DNA from: an uncultured archaeon | GTDB taxonomy: Archaea > Aenigmatarchaeota > Aenigmatarchaeia > PWEA01 > JAGHBM01 | Assembly (NCBI GenBank): GCA_964584335.1 | Contig: CAZOZN010000001.1 | Location: forward strand, 1-52,621 | Length of the DNA stretch: 52,621 nt | Direction: 5' to 3' | Shown: positions 1 through 8,771 of the stretch, piece by piece | Layout: the number at the start of each line of letters is the position of its first letter | How positions within the stretch are numbered: position 1 is the stretch's first letter | The notes under the pieces: generated by a model | Told to the model about the DNA's origin: nothing | Database searches by the model: none | The model's input: only the letters and a program-made list of their open reading frames with translations | Translations under genes and position numbers: made by a program

Positions 1-63
1 TTTTTCTTCAATAAGAAAATTATGAACCTTTTTCTTTATCTTGGGAAAAACATCTCCCTTCAT
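1..63 (-). CDS. Partial ORF running off the window edge; N-terminus MKGDVFPKIKKKVHNFLIEEK, candidate precursor/class III signal peptide protein
   Basis: ATG at 63-61 on the minus strand, hand-translated and open to position 1. Starts 19 nt after the stop of the co-oriented A24 peptidase. Basic N-terminus followed by FLxEEK. Not in the ORF track. Confidence 0.55.
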   Translation of the reverse strand, partial: MKGDVFPKIKKKVHNFLIEEK

Positions 64-82
64 ACATCAAATATTGTTTGAT

Positions 83-1117
83 TCAAATAAATAACGAATT
101 TATAAAATTACCCTGTAATAAAATAGTCAATATAAAACCAATAAAAATAAATATTGCGAAAGGCATGTGAGTGTGAACTAAAATACTACTGAATTTTATT
201 TTGCTTTCTTTTTTTAGATTTGATATTTTTCTAATGTCTTTTTTTGTCAATATTTTTGAATGTATTAGTTTTTCCTTTTTTTGGATTAAAAAATCATAGA
301 AACTGGCTTGGAATAACTTTTTTTTGAAATATTCTCCATCAGTTTTTATTATTCCTTCTGCCATTTCCATACCTGGCTTTAATTTATCTATATCAACTTC
401 TTTTACATTTAACTTAAATCCCAGTTTTAGTATAAAGAACCTGAAGAAAATAAAAACAAAAACTATTATTAATAATTGGTATATGAAAGAGAGAGTAAAC
501 ACGTTTTTAAAATCTATTATTATTCTAAGTATAGCTAGAAATACATATAAAAATTCAAGATTAATTTTTTTGATTCTGTTAACCATTTCTATTGTTATGA
601 AGAATATTATTATGAAAATAAATACATTAACAGTTATTCCCATTATCTTTAGTGGCAGTGTTAAGAACCAAGCTAAACCCAAATAAATCAATATTATTAA
701 TGATGCATTGTATAGGTTGAAAGCAGATTTAAATGCTTTTTTTATTTCTTTTTTTCCCGATTTTTTAAATATTAACAAAGTGTAAAAGAAAAAGAAAGGG
801 ACAGAAGAATTTATTAGAAAATCTAGAGAAATTTTTGGACTTATGATACTAACAGGAAATAATAGTGATAAAACTATGAAAAATTTACCGTCCCCCGCAC
901 TCCAAACATCGATAAGGTACAAGAAAAATCCTATGAAAAATGTCCATATTAAGTGAATAAAAAAATCAAATACTATAAAATTAATGTTTATGAAAAAATA
1001 TCCTATAAAAATCAAAAATAGAATTATTATAAAATTGTTTCTTATCAAACCGTTCTTAAAGTCCTCATAACAAATAAAAAGGCTTATGAAAGAAACAACT
1101 AAGAGGTAAATCCACAT
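83..1117 (-). CDS. Prepilin/preflagellin peptidase (A24 family, FlaK/PibD-like)
   Basis: Multi-TM protein with the two catalytic Asp motifs YEDFKNGLIRN and WSAGDGKF, a soluble insert (VDIDKLKPGM) and a C-terminal MPFAIFIFIGF segment. Confidence 0.85.
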   Translation of the reverse strand: MWIYLLVVSFISLFICYEDFKNGLIRNNFIIILFLIFIGYFFININFIVFDFFIHLIWTFFIGFFLYLIDVWSAGDGKFFIVLSLLFPVSIISPKISLDFLINSSVPFFFFYTLLIFKKSGKKEIKKAFKSAFNLYNASLIILIYLGLAWFLTLPLKIMGITVNVFIFIIIFFITIEMVNRIKKINLEFLYVFLAILRIIIDFKNVFTLSFIYQLLIIVFVFIFFRFFILKLGFKLNVKEVDIDKLKPGMEMAEGIIKTDGEYFKKKLFQASFYDFLIQKKEKLIHSKILTKKDIRKISNLKKESKIKFSSILVHTHMPFAIFIFIGFILTILLQGNFINSLFI

Positions 1118-1152
1118 ATATCTATTTTAGTGTGTGGTGTAAATTTATACTT

Positions 1153-2004
1153 ATGACTGATTATCCTCTTACTTTTAAATGCAATAACAACTGCATATCA
1201 TGTATAAATAAGACAAGATATTTTAGCAAAATACCTAACCCTAAAAAGACGGACATAAAAAATCTGATAAAAAAATTAGACCCCGAAAATGATTATTGGG
1301 GAGTTGGTGGAGGAGAACCCACCTTAAGAAAAGAGTTTTTTGAAATTTTAAAGTATGTCAAAAAATACAATCCAAGATTATATGTTTTTATAACTACAAA
1401 CGGCAGAATGTTTCGCTATAAAAAATTCACTAAAAAACTTAAAGATCTGAATCTTGAAAATTTTATGGTTGGAATCTCTCTTTACGGACAAAATAAAAAA
1501 ATACATGAAGAAATAACCAGAACTTCGGGAAGTTTTGAACAAACAGTACTTGGTATAAAAAACCTTATTTATTTTGATATACCTGTTGAGGTAAGGATTA
1601 TAATAAATAGGATTAATTACAAGTATCTGGAAGATATAACTGATTTTGTTATTGATAATTTTGCTGGAATCGAAAGGCTTGTTTTTATAAATATGAAATA
1701 TACTGGAAATGCCCTTGTTAACAAAGAAAAAGTTCTGGTAAAAGTAAAAGATGTTGTTCCTTTTGTTAAGAAAAGTATTGAAAAAATAAGAAATAAAAAA
1801 ATAAATATGAGATTATATCATTTTCCTCTTTGTATTTTACCTAATAATATTAGGGATATAGCAAAGGGCGTCACAAAAATGGAAAAAAACGAGCTAGTTT
1901 TTGTTAAGGCTTGTAAAAAATGTAAACTAAAATCTGAGTGCCCAAAAATATGGAAAAGCTATGTTGATATTGTTGGAGATTCGGAATTTAGACCAATTCT
2001 ATGA
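1153..2004 (+). CDS. Radical SAM enzyme, HxsC-like (His-Xaa-Ser system maturase-like)
   Basis: CNNNCISC (CxxxCxxC), GGEPT, TNGRMF, YHFPLC and C-terminal CKKCKLKSEC. The ORF track starts at GTG 1132; ATG 1153 is preferred. Confidence 0.85.
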   Translation: MTDYPLTFKCNNNCISCINKTRYFSKIPNPKKTDIKNLIKKLDPENDYWGVGGGEPTLRKEFFEILKYVKKYNPRLYVFITTNGRMFRYKKFTKKLKDLNLENFMVGISLYGQNKKIHEEITRTSGSFEQTVLGIKNLIYFDIPVEVRIIINRINYKYLEDITDFVIDNFAGIERLVFINMKYTGNALVNKEKVLVKVKDVVPFVKKSIEKIRNKKINMRLYHFPLCILPNNIRDIAKGVTKMEKNELVFVKACKKCKLKSECPKIWKSYVDIVGDSEFRPIL

Positions 2005-2877
2005 GAAATCTAATATTATTCCTCTGTGTTTATTATTTTTATTTATTTCACCTATTACTCTATCTTTCTTAATAACAATTATTTTGTCTTCAAAAACTTT
2101 TATTTTGTTACCTTTTTTTATAATATCAATTTTTTCTTTAGGTAACAATGATTTGTAAGGCAAAATTTTTTTGTAATTTATTTCGTTTTCTTCAACTTCA
2201 CCTTCAAATAATATCCAGTTAAAATAATCAAAATATAGGAAAGGTCTTTTTATCGCGTTTATTATTTTTGATTCCAGACCTGGTTTTTTTTCTTTTAAGA
2301 TTTCTGATGTTTTTTTACCGATTTTTATACTTTTTTTACAGTTAAAAGAACAAGGTACATGTCTAATTAAAAATAAATCTTCTAAAAAATATAGACTAGG
2401 GTTGTTTTTATATATATCGATAGTATTTCCAATTCCTATCTTGGAGTCAAAAACAAATATATTATTGCAGAAAAATGATGGTTTTTTTAAACTATTTTTA
2501 TATGCTGAAACAACAAAGTCATTTTTTTTAACCATTTCTTTAATAAAACTTTTAATACAGCATCTTGGATATCCCAATAATTCTCCAAACTTTAGTCTAT
2601 CACCGTTTTTTTCTGACATATAAGCTTCTTCTATTGTTTTTTTTGAAAGAGATATATATGCTATAAATCCGGATTTTTCTAATTTTTTACCGTATAATTC
2701 ATTAAATTTCTTAACCGAGATAAAAAGTCTGTTTGTTTTTGCTAATTTTTTTAATAAATTTATTTTATCTTTTCTTATTCCCGTTCTAATAACGGGTTTT
2801 AATCCTTTTTTAAGGAGAAAAAAAGATTGATAATCTAATCCGCAATTTTTTATTTTATCTATATTCATAAATACCAC
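1999..2877 (-). CDS. DUF483-like protein
   Basis: FGELLGYPRCCIKSF and HVPCSFNCKKS motifs, recalled as typical of DUF483-type proteins. Confidence 0.65.
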   Translation of the reverse strand: MVFMNIDKIKNCGLDYQSFFLLKKGLKPVIRTGIRKDKINLLKKLAKTNRLFISVKKFNELYGKKLEKSGFIAYISLSKKTIEEAYMSEKNGDRLKFGELLGYPRCCIKSFIKEMVKKNDFVVSAYKNSLKKPSFFCNNIFVFDSKIGIGNTIDIYKNNPSLYFLEDLFLIRHVPCSFNCKKSIKIGKKTSEILKEKKPGLESKIINAIKRPFLYFDYFNWILFEGEVEENEINYKKILPYKSLLPKEKIDIIKKGNKIKVFEDKIIVIKKDRVIGEINKNNKHRGIILDFS

Positions 2878-2942
2878 TATTTATTTTTTTAAATGATAAT
2901 ATTATCTTGTTTATCAAAATATAATAAAACAAGAGTGTAATA

Positions 2943-3851
2943 ATGGAAAAAAAACTGGCTTTAATTTTAGGTTATAAATGTAATAATAACTGCAGGTTTT
3001 GTTATTGCGCTGATAAAAAGAATTTTACTTTTCTTAGTACAAATAAAGCAAAGAAAGAGCTCGATGATGGTAGGAGAAGGGGGTGTACTTTTGTAGATTT
3101 TCTTGGAGGAGAACCAACACTCAGGAAAGATTTGCCTGATTTATTAAAATACTCGAAGGATTTGGGTTATAAAACAATAAGTATTACTACTAACGGAAGA
3201 ATGTTTTCATACGAAAAAATTGCTAAAGAGTTAATTTATTCTGGTTTGAATTCTGTGGTTTTTTCTTTGCATGGACATAATTCTTATTTACATGATTTTC
3301 TGACTAGATCCGATGGTTCTTTTGAACAACTTAATAAGGGTGCTGAAAATATAAAGAATATAAATTCTGAGATTTATTTATGTACTAATACAACAATAAC
3401 AAAATACAATTACAGATATTTGCCTGAAATCGCAAAAAAAAATATAGAGATTGGTGCGGATGGTTGTGAGTTTATTTTTGTACATCCAAGGGGTAATGCT
3501 CTCAAGAACTTTTATGATGTTGTACCCAAATTGGAAAGTGTAAGGTCATTTATACCAAAAACTTTAGAGATAGGCAAGAGGTTTAATGTGAAACATTTTG
3601 AGTTTAGATATTTTCCTTTATGTTATGTTCCAAAGAATAGTCTTTCTGAGTTTGTTTCTTTGGAAAATCTTAGGGAACAGCATGTAGGGCCTGAATTTAA
3701 AGATTTAAATGTAGAGTTGGGTAGAAAAAATATAGGTAGAGTTAAAGGGAAAAAATGTAAAGAATGCATTTATGATAATATTTGCGAGGGTGTTTTCAAG
3801 GAATATGCTGACAGATATGGTCTGGAAGAATTGAAACCGGTGGTAAAATGA
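2943..3851 (+). CDS. Radical SAM enzyme (paralogue 2) with C-terminal Cys cluster
   Basis: CNNNCRFC, GGEPT, TNGRMFSY, FVHPRG, YFPLC, CKECIYDNICEG. Confidence 0.9.
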   Translation: MEKKLALILGYKCNNNCRFCYCADKKNFTFLSTNKAKKELDDGRRRGCTFVDFLGGEPTLRKDLPDLLKYSKDLGYKTISITTNGRMFSYEKIAKELIYSGLNSVVFSLHGHNSYLHDFLTRSDGSFEQLNKGAENIKNINSEIYLCTNTTITKYNYRYLPEIAKKNIEIGADGCEFIFVHPRGNALKNFYDVVPKLESVRSFIPKTLEIGKRFNVKHFEFRYFPLCYVPKNSLSEFVSLENLREQHVGPEFKDLNVELGRKNIGRVKGKKCKECIYDNICEGVFKEYADRYGLEELKPVVK

Positions 3852-4240
3852 AAAAAAATATATTTTTAATTTCATTTTTTTTGATTTTAATATTCGTTTT
3901 TTTACTTATTTTTTATAATACTCAAGAAAAGGCTAATAATTTCGATTATCCTATAGAGTATAGTAGGATAGAGTGTTTGAATGATACACCTGTAATAGGT
4001 TTTTTTAATCCAAACGAGACATCATATGAAAATATAATATTAAAAGTTCCTAATAATGGTGGTGTAAATATCTATGAAGTCGATGAAGAACTATATCCAA
4101 ATAAAACGGAGGTTCTTTTTTTAATAAATTCATCATGTTCTGTTAAACAGGAGAATATAGAGCTATTTTGGTGTGCTGATAATTGTTTTAGTACATTTAT
4201 GATAAAACCATCAAAAGATATAGAATTAGAGATGGGTTAG
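3848..4240 (+). CDS. Membrane-anchored/exported Cys-containing protein
   Basis: N-terminal hydrophobic helix. ATGA overlap with the upstream gene. Shares motifs with the next ORF. Confidence 0.7.
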   Translation: MKKNIFLISFFLILIFVFLLIFYNTQEKANNFDYPIEYSRIECLNDTPVIGFFNPNETSYENIILKVPNNGGVNIYEVDEELYPNKTEVLFLINSSCSVKQENIELFWCADNCFSTFMIKPSKDIELEMG

Positions 4241-5506
4241 ATGAAACAAAATAAATTAGTTTTTTTGGTTATTTTGTTTTCTATTTTTTTGTTCTTTTTA
4301 TATTCGTTTTTTTATCAAAACGATAAAACATATAATATATGTTCTCTGGACAATGCATACTGTTATAATTTTTTTGATAAAAAGATTGTAGGTATTTATA
4401 ATCCAACAGAAAATTTTGTTAGATTTTTAGGTACTGATATTTATGATTTGGAATTCTCTTTAAAACCTAAAGGCAGATATTATTTTACTTTAGGTGAAAA
4501 TGAAAGTATTGATAATTTTTATGTTAATTTTTGTTGTGGTTCTGAATGCAAAAGAAAGTATTTTAGTTTGAACTGTAAAGATAGTGATGTCTTTGAGAAG
4601 AATCTTGTTGAGCTTGGTCAGGAACCACCAAAGGGTAAAATAGAAGCTTCTTGTTTTTTTAACGATTCTTTTAATATATGGAAAGTAATAATTAATTCTT
4701 CTTGGTCTTATGATACTAATGCTTCTATTATTATAAAAGATGGAGAAAATCAAATTAAAAAAGATATTAAAAATTCTTCTAATTTTAATTATTCGTATTT
4801 TTCGAGGAATCCCGGTAAAAAGGATACTTTTTTGATTTTAGAGTTTCTTAATGTTTATTTTATAGTAAATCATACGAGTTTCTATTGCCAAAATATTTCT
4901 AGTAAAATAGATTTTTTAGATTATAGTGGTTCGGGAAGATTAGGAGAATCAATACTTTTGAGATGTAATCCTTTGTTTGTTGATGATAAAATTAAGAACG
5001 TGAGTTTAAATGTTGGTTATTGTGATTCAATAAAATTAAATTGCGAATCATTAGAAAATTACAAATGGGAAAAGGTTAAAGATACCATGTATTATAATTC
5101 TTTTTCTGGTATGTATGAAAAGGATATTTTTATTGATGGTAAAGAAAGTTCTTATTTTGGTGCAGTTTGTAAAATATATAATAGAAGTGGATTTTTAGTT
5201 TCTGAAAGGAATTCTTTAAGTCTTTTCACTGTAAAACCCATGGAAAAATATCCTACATATCCTAATATTGAAAATTGTCGAAATATAAATTCAGAAGTTG
5301 CTAGGCAGTTTTGCTATTCTGATGTAGCAGAAATAAAAGATAATATTACTATTTGTGATATGATAAAAACTCCTGATATTTATTTTTTTTGCAAAGCTAG
5401 AATAAATATAGAAGAAGATATTTGTATTAGTATAAATGAGGAAGAATTGAAAATTAGCTGTTTAGATTCCATAAAAAGAAAAAAATACTGGCTAGGTTTG
5501 GAGTAA
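4241..5506 (+). CDS. Membrane-anchored/exported Cys-rich protein with C-terminal CxxI-x7-C repeats
   Basis: N-terminal TM and many NxS/T sequons. C-terminal CRNINSEVARQFC, CDMIKTPDIYFFC, CISINEEELKISC repeats. Starts immediately after the previous stop. Confidence 0.75.
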   Translation: MKQNKLVFLVILFSIFLFFLYSFFYQNDKTYNICSLDNAYCYNFFDKKIVGIYNPTENFVRFLGTDIYDLEFSLKPKGRYYFTLGENESIDNFYVNFCCGSECKRKYFSLNCKDSDVFEKNLVELGQEPPKGKIEASCFFNDSFNIWKVIINSSWSYDTNASIIIKDGENQIKKDIKNSSNFNYSYFSRNPGKKDTFLILEFLNVYFIVNHTSFYCQNISSKIDFLDYSGSGRLGESILLRCNPLFVDDKIKNVSLNVGYCDSIKLNCESLENYKWEKVKDTMYYNSFSGMYEKDIFIDGKESSYFGAVCKIYNRSGFLVSERNSLSLFTVKPMEKYPTYPNIENCRNINSEVARQFCYSDVAEIKDNITICDMIKTPDIYFFCKARINIEEDICISINEEELKISCLDSIKRKKYWLGLE

Positions 5507-5510
5507 TTTT

Positions 5511-6419
5511 ATGTCAAGAAGATTAGATCTTAAAGTTGGTTTTAAGTGCAATAATAATTGTATTTTTTGTGCCCAGTCACATAAGAGAAATCTCGGAGAC
5601 AAAAAAACTTTTGAGTTAAAGAATGACATTAGTGATGCATTTTATAAAGGCTGTAGGGAGATTGTTTTTACTGGCGGAGAGCCTACAATAAGAGATGATA
5701 TAGTTGAATTGGTTGGTTTTGCAAAAAGAATAGGATATGAAATAATACAGATTCAGACAAATGGAAGAATGTTTTCTTATATGGAATTTACTAAAAGAAT
5801 TTTAGATGCTGGTGCGACTGAATTTTCACCTGCTTTACATGGCCATAACAAGAATATTCATGAATCACAAACAAGATGTCCGGGAAGCTTTAGACAGACT
5901 ATTAAGGGAATAAAAAATTTAAAGAGTCTGGGAGCACCCGTTTTATCGAATAGTGTAATAACAAAGATGAATTATGAATATCTCCCGGAATTGGTTAGAC
6001 TTTTAATAGAACTCAATGTAAACCAGTTTCAACTTGCTTTTGTACATCCTGTAGGCAACTCTAATATTAATTTTGAGGAGGTTGTTCCAAAGGTTAAAAA
6101 TGTTAAGCCTTACGTTTTAAAGTCTCTTGATATAGCAATAGAAAGTGATTATACTCCGGGTAAAGCTATGGTAGAGGCTTTCCCTCCCTGCCTTATACCG
6201 GATTATGATAAATTTTGCTCTGAAATATATATGCCTCGTCATAATATGGTAATCGATTTGGACAGGAATATAAGTGATTTTGAGGAGTGGAGAAAAGATA
6301 AGGGGAAAAAGAAGTTTGATCAATGTAAAGAATGCAAATATAATTCAATATGTGAGGGTCCTTGGAAAGAATATCCAGAAAAATTCGGCTCAAGTGAATT
6401 TGTACCTGTCAGAAAATAA
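5511..6419 (+). CDS. Radical SAM enzyme (paralogue 3) with C-terminal Cys cluster
   Basis: CNNNCIFC, GGEPT, QTNGRMFSY, FVHPVG, AFPPC, CKECKYNSICEG. Confidence 0.9.
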   Translation: MSRRLDLKVGFKCNNNCIFCAQSHKRNLGDKKTFELKNDISDAFYKGCREIVFTGGEPTIRDDIVELVGFAKRIGYEIIQIQTNGRMFSYMEFTKRILDAGATEFSPALHGHNKNIHESQTRCPGSFRQTIKGIKNLKSLGAPVLSNSVITKMNYEYLPELVRLLIELNVNQFQLAFVHPVGNSNINFEEVVPKVKNVKPYVLKSLDIAIESDYTPGKAMVEAFPPCLIPDYDKFCSEIYMPRHNMVIDLDRNISDFEEWRKDKGKKKFDQCKECKYNSICEGPWKEYPEKFGSSEFVPVRK

Positions 6420-7118
6420 TCTTTTTATTCTAAATCTTAAAGATAGAATCATAAATTCAATCATATCTTTTTTAGAAAGTTTACTTTTACCATTTTTTCT
6501 GTCGTAAAAAATTATAGGGATTGAACCTATTTTAAAACCTCTTGAAAGTGTCTTTATTATTATTTCAAGCTGAAATGCATATCCGTTTGATTTTATATTT
6601 TCGAGGTCCAAAGATTTTAGCACGTTAATTTTATATGCTCTATAACCTGTAGTCAAGTCTTTTATTTTTATCCCTGCTATGTTTCTTCCTATGAAGTTTC
6701 CCCCAAAAGAAATAGCTTTTCTGTATAAACCCCAACCTATTGTTTTTTTTCTTTCTCCTATTACTAAATCAAAACCTTTATCAATTTCTTTTATGAATTT
6801 TGGTATATATTCTGGATCATGTGATAAATCAGAATCCATTTCAAATATCACTTCTTTATCTTCGTTTATTGAATTATTGAAACCTTCTATATAAGCCGAA
6901 CCCAGACCCCCTTTAAAATCTCTCTTAATTATTTTTACTGGATATTTTTTGCCTAGTTCTTCTACAGCTTCGCTTGTTTTGTCAGGAGAATTATCATCTA
7001 TAACTAGTATGTCTATATCAAGTTTACTTTTTTTAGCAATTTTAAATATTCTAGGTATTAATTTTTTTATATTTTCTCTTTCATTGTAAGTTGGCAATAT
7101 CAATCTTATTTTTCTCAT
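6390..7118 (-). CDS. Polyprenol/dolichol-phosphate glycosyl synthase (DPM1-like GT2)
   Basis: LPTYNERENI, IDDNSPDKT, GLGSAY, MDSDLSHDP, DLTTGYRAY, GYAFQLE. Confidence 0.9.
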   Translation of the reverse strand: MRKIRLILPTYNERENIKKLIPRIFKIAKKSKLDIDILVIDDNSPDKTSEAVEELGKKYPVKIIKRDFKGGLGSAYIEGFNNSINEDKEVIFEMDSDLSHDPEYIPKFIKEIDKGFDLVIGERKKTIGWGLYRKAISFGGNFIGRNIAGIKIKDLTTGYRAYKINVLKSLDLENIKSNGYAFQLEIIIKTLSRGFKIGSIPIIFYDRKNGKSKLSKKDMIEFMILSLRFRIKRLFSDRYKFT

Positions 7119-7142
7119 AATATTAATTAAATTAAAAATTAT

Positions 7143-8771
7143 TTAAGATGTTTGATTAATCTTATAAAAAACAAATTCAAAAGTTTTGTAATTTTCTCCC
7201 GGATAATTTGATATATCGGTATGATAAGGTATTACTTTTCTAGTATAATTTTTATATATTGTAAGTCTATTTTGTTTTTCAAAATTATTACATTCATCAA
7301 TTATCTTTTCTAAATCTTCAATATATTCATTTTGAAATCCAAAACTTTTTGCTATGGATATGTATTTTTCATTACAGTACATATCTTTAAAATATAATGT
7401 TTCTTTTTTTGTTTTGTTATTTTCTTTAAAATCTTTGAATGATATTGAATTTTCAGATAAAGGAGTTCCTGAAGCTATAATAGGATTACTCATCAATACA
7501 GTGTAGTTATCGAATTTATTTGTTATATTAAGAAGTATTCTATATTCTTGGCTTGTTGCGCTATAATATGGCTCAAAATAACCATGTATTGATGGTTCAT
7601 GTTTCATTGTATTATAAGAAAATGAGCTAAAAATCAAAACTAAAATTATTATAATTATTCTAAAACTATTTTTTCTTTTTATTTTTTTACTTAAAATTTC
7701 TTCTGAATTATGTATACCATACCCAGTAAGTACGTATATAGGCACCGATGCGAATATCATCGCTCTTATTAAAACAAGTCCTCTTAGTATATGTATTAAT
7801 GAAAGAAGAGAGAAAAATAAAATTGAAAAATAAACTAATTTTCTTTTCTTGCATTTAATGATTCCTATTATAGAGAATGGAAATATAAAAAACGGAAACA
7901 AAATAAACAAAGAGTTTATAAATTGTTCTAATCCTATTTTAGTCTTTGAAATTGATAATATGTCTGTTGTCCCCTTTCCTATATTTTCATAATTTTTATA
8001 TTCTGTCCAAGCGTATGAAAATGACGTTGAAGTATAGAAAATATGGTATATTAGAGGTATTATTAGTAAAATAAATATTACAACTAACAATAAGTCTTTT
8101 TTCTTCAATTTAGGTATTTTTATTATTGTAAGAATCAGTAAAACAACAATCAAGTTTTCATATCTTGAATATAATGTAAGCAATAAAAGAAAAAAAGTCA
8201 GTATTAAGATTCTTTTATTTTTATTTTTAGAGTATATGAAAAAAGATATAAGAAATGATAATAACAAAAATATTGACAATGTGTTAGATTCTGCAGTTTT
8301 TGAGTAAAGCAAGAAGGAAGGCAAAAAAGCAAATATAGTTGAAGTATATAATCCAATTTTTTCGTTCTCAAATATAGAATAACATAAAAAGAATGAAAGA
8401 GGTATCGATAGTAAACTCAATCCAGTATTAAAATAAACTGCACTTTGAAACATCGGTCCGGTTAAAAAGAATATTATAGACAGAACAGCTGGGTATAAAA
8501 TAGGTTTGAAAAATATATTATTAAACTCAAAATATCTTATTATTTCTTCAGCATTTTTTACGTATACTAATTCATCCCATATTGTTGTAAAGAATCTAGG
8601 TGTTACTAATCTTAGTAAAAATCCAAGAAATATTATAGCTATTAAAATATAGAGATATTTTTTTTCTATTTTTTTAAAGAATTTTTTTATCTCTGTAAAA
8701 GAATAAAAAAAATAAAATACTGTTAAAGAAATCAGAGAATATATAAAAATCAAATATATTTTATCTATCAT
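7143..8771 (-). CDS. GT-C fold membrane glycosyltransferase (ArnT/PMT-2-like)
   Basis: About a dozen TM segments, WDELVY acidic motif after LRL, SRYEN motif, extracellular C-terminal domain with a Cys pair. Confidence 0.75.
   Translation of the reverse strand: MIDKIYLIFIYSLISLTVFYFFYSFTEIKKFFKKIEKKYLYILIAIIFLGFLLRLVTPRFFTTIWDELVYVKNAEEIIRYFEFNNIFFKPILYPAVLSIIFFLTGPMFQSAVYFNTGLSLLSIPLSFFLCYSIFENEKIGLYTSTIFAFLPSFLLYSKTAESNTLSIFLLLSFLISFFIYSKNKNKRILILTFFLLLLTLYSRYENLIVVLLILTIIKIPKLKKKDLLLVVIFILLIIPLIYHIFYTSTSFSYAWTEYKNYENIGKGTTDILSISKTKIGLEQFINSLFILFPFFIFPFSIIGIIKCKKRKLVYFSILFFSLLSLIHILRGLVLIRAMIFASVPIYVLTGYGIHNSEEILSKKIKRKNSFRIIIIILVLIFSSFSYNTMKHEPSIHGYFEPYYSATSQEYRILLNITNKFDNYTVLMSNPIIASGTPLSENSISFKDFKENNKTKKETLYFKDMYCNEKYISIAKSFGFQNEYIEDLEKIIDECNNFEKQNRLTIYKNYTRKVIPYHTDISNYPGENYKTFEFVFYKINQTS

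Noticed and set aside
83-1117. Archaellum or type IV pilus operon
   Set aside because: No FlaI/PilB ATPase, FlaJ/TadC or complete pilin is visible in the window; such genes may lie outside it.
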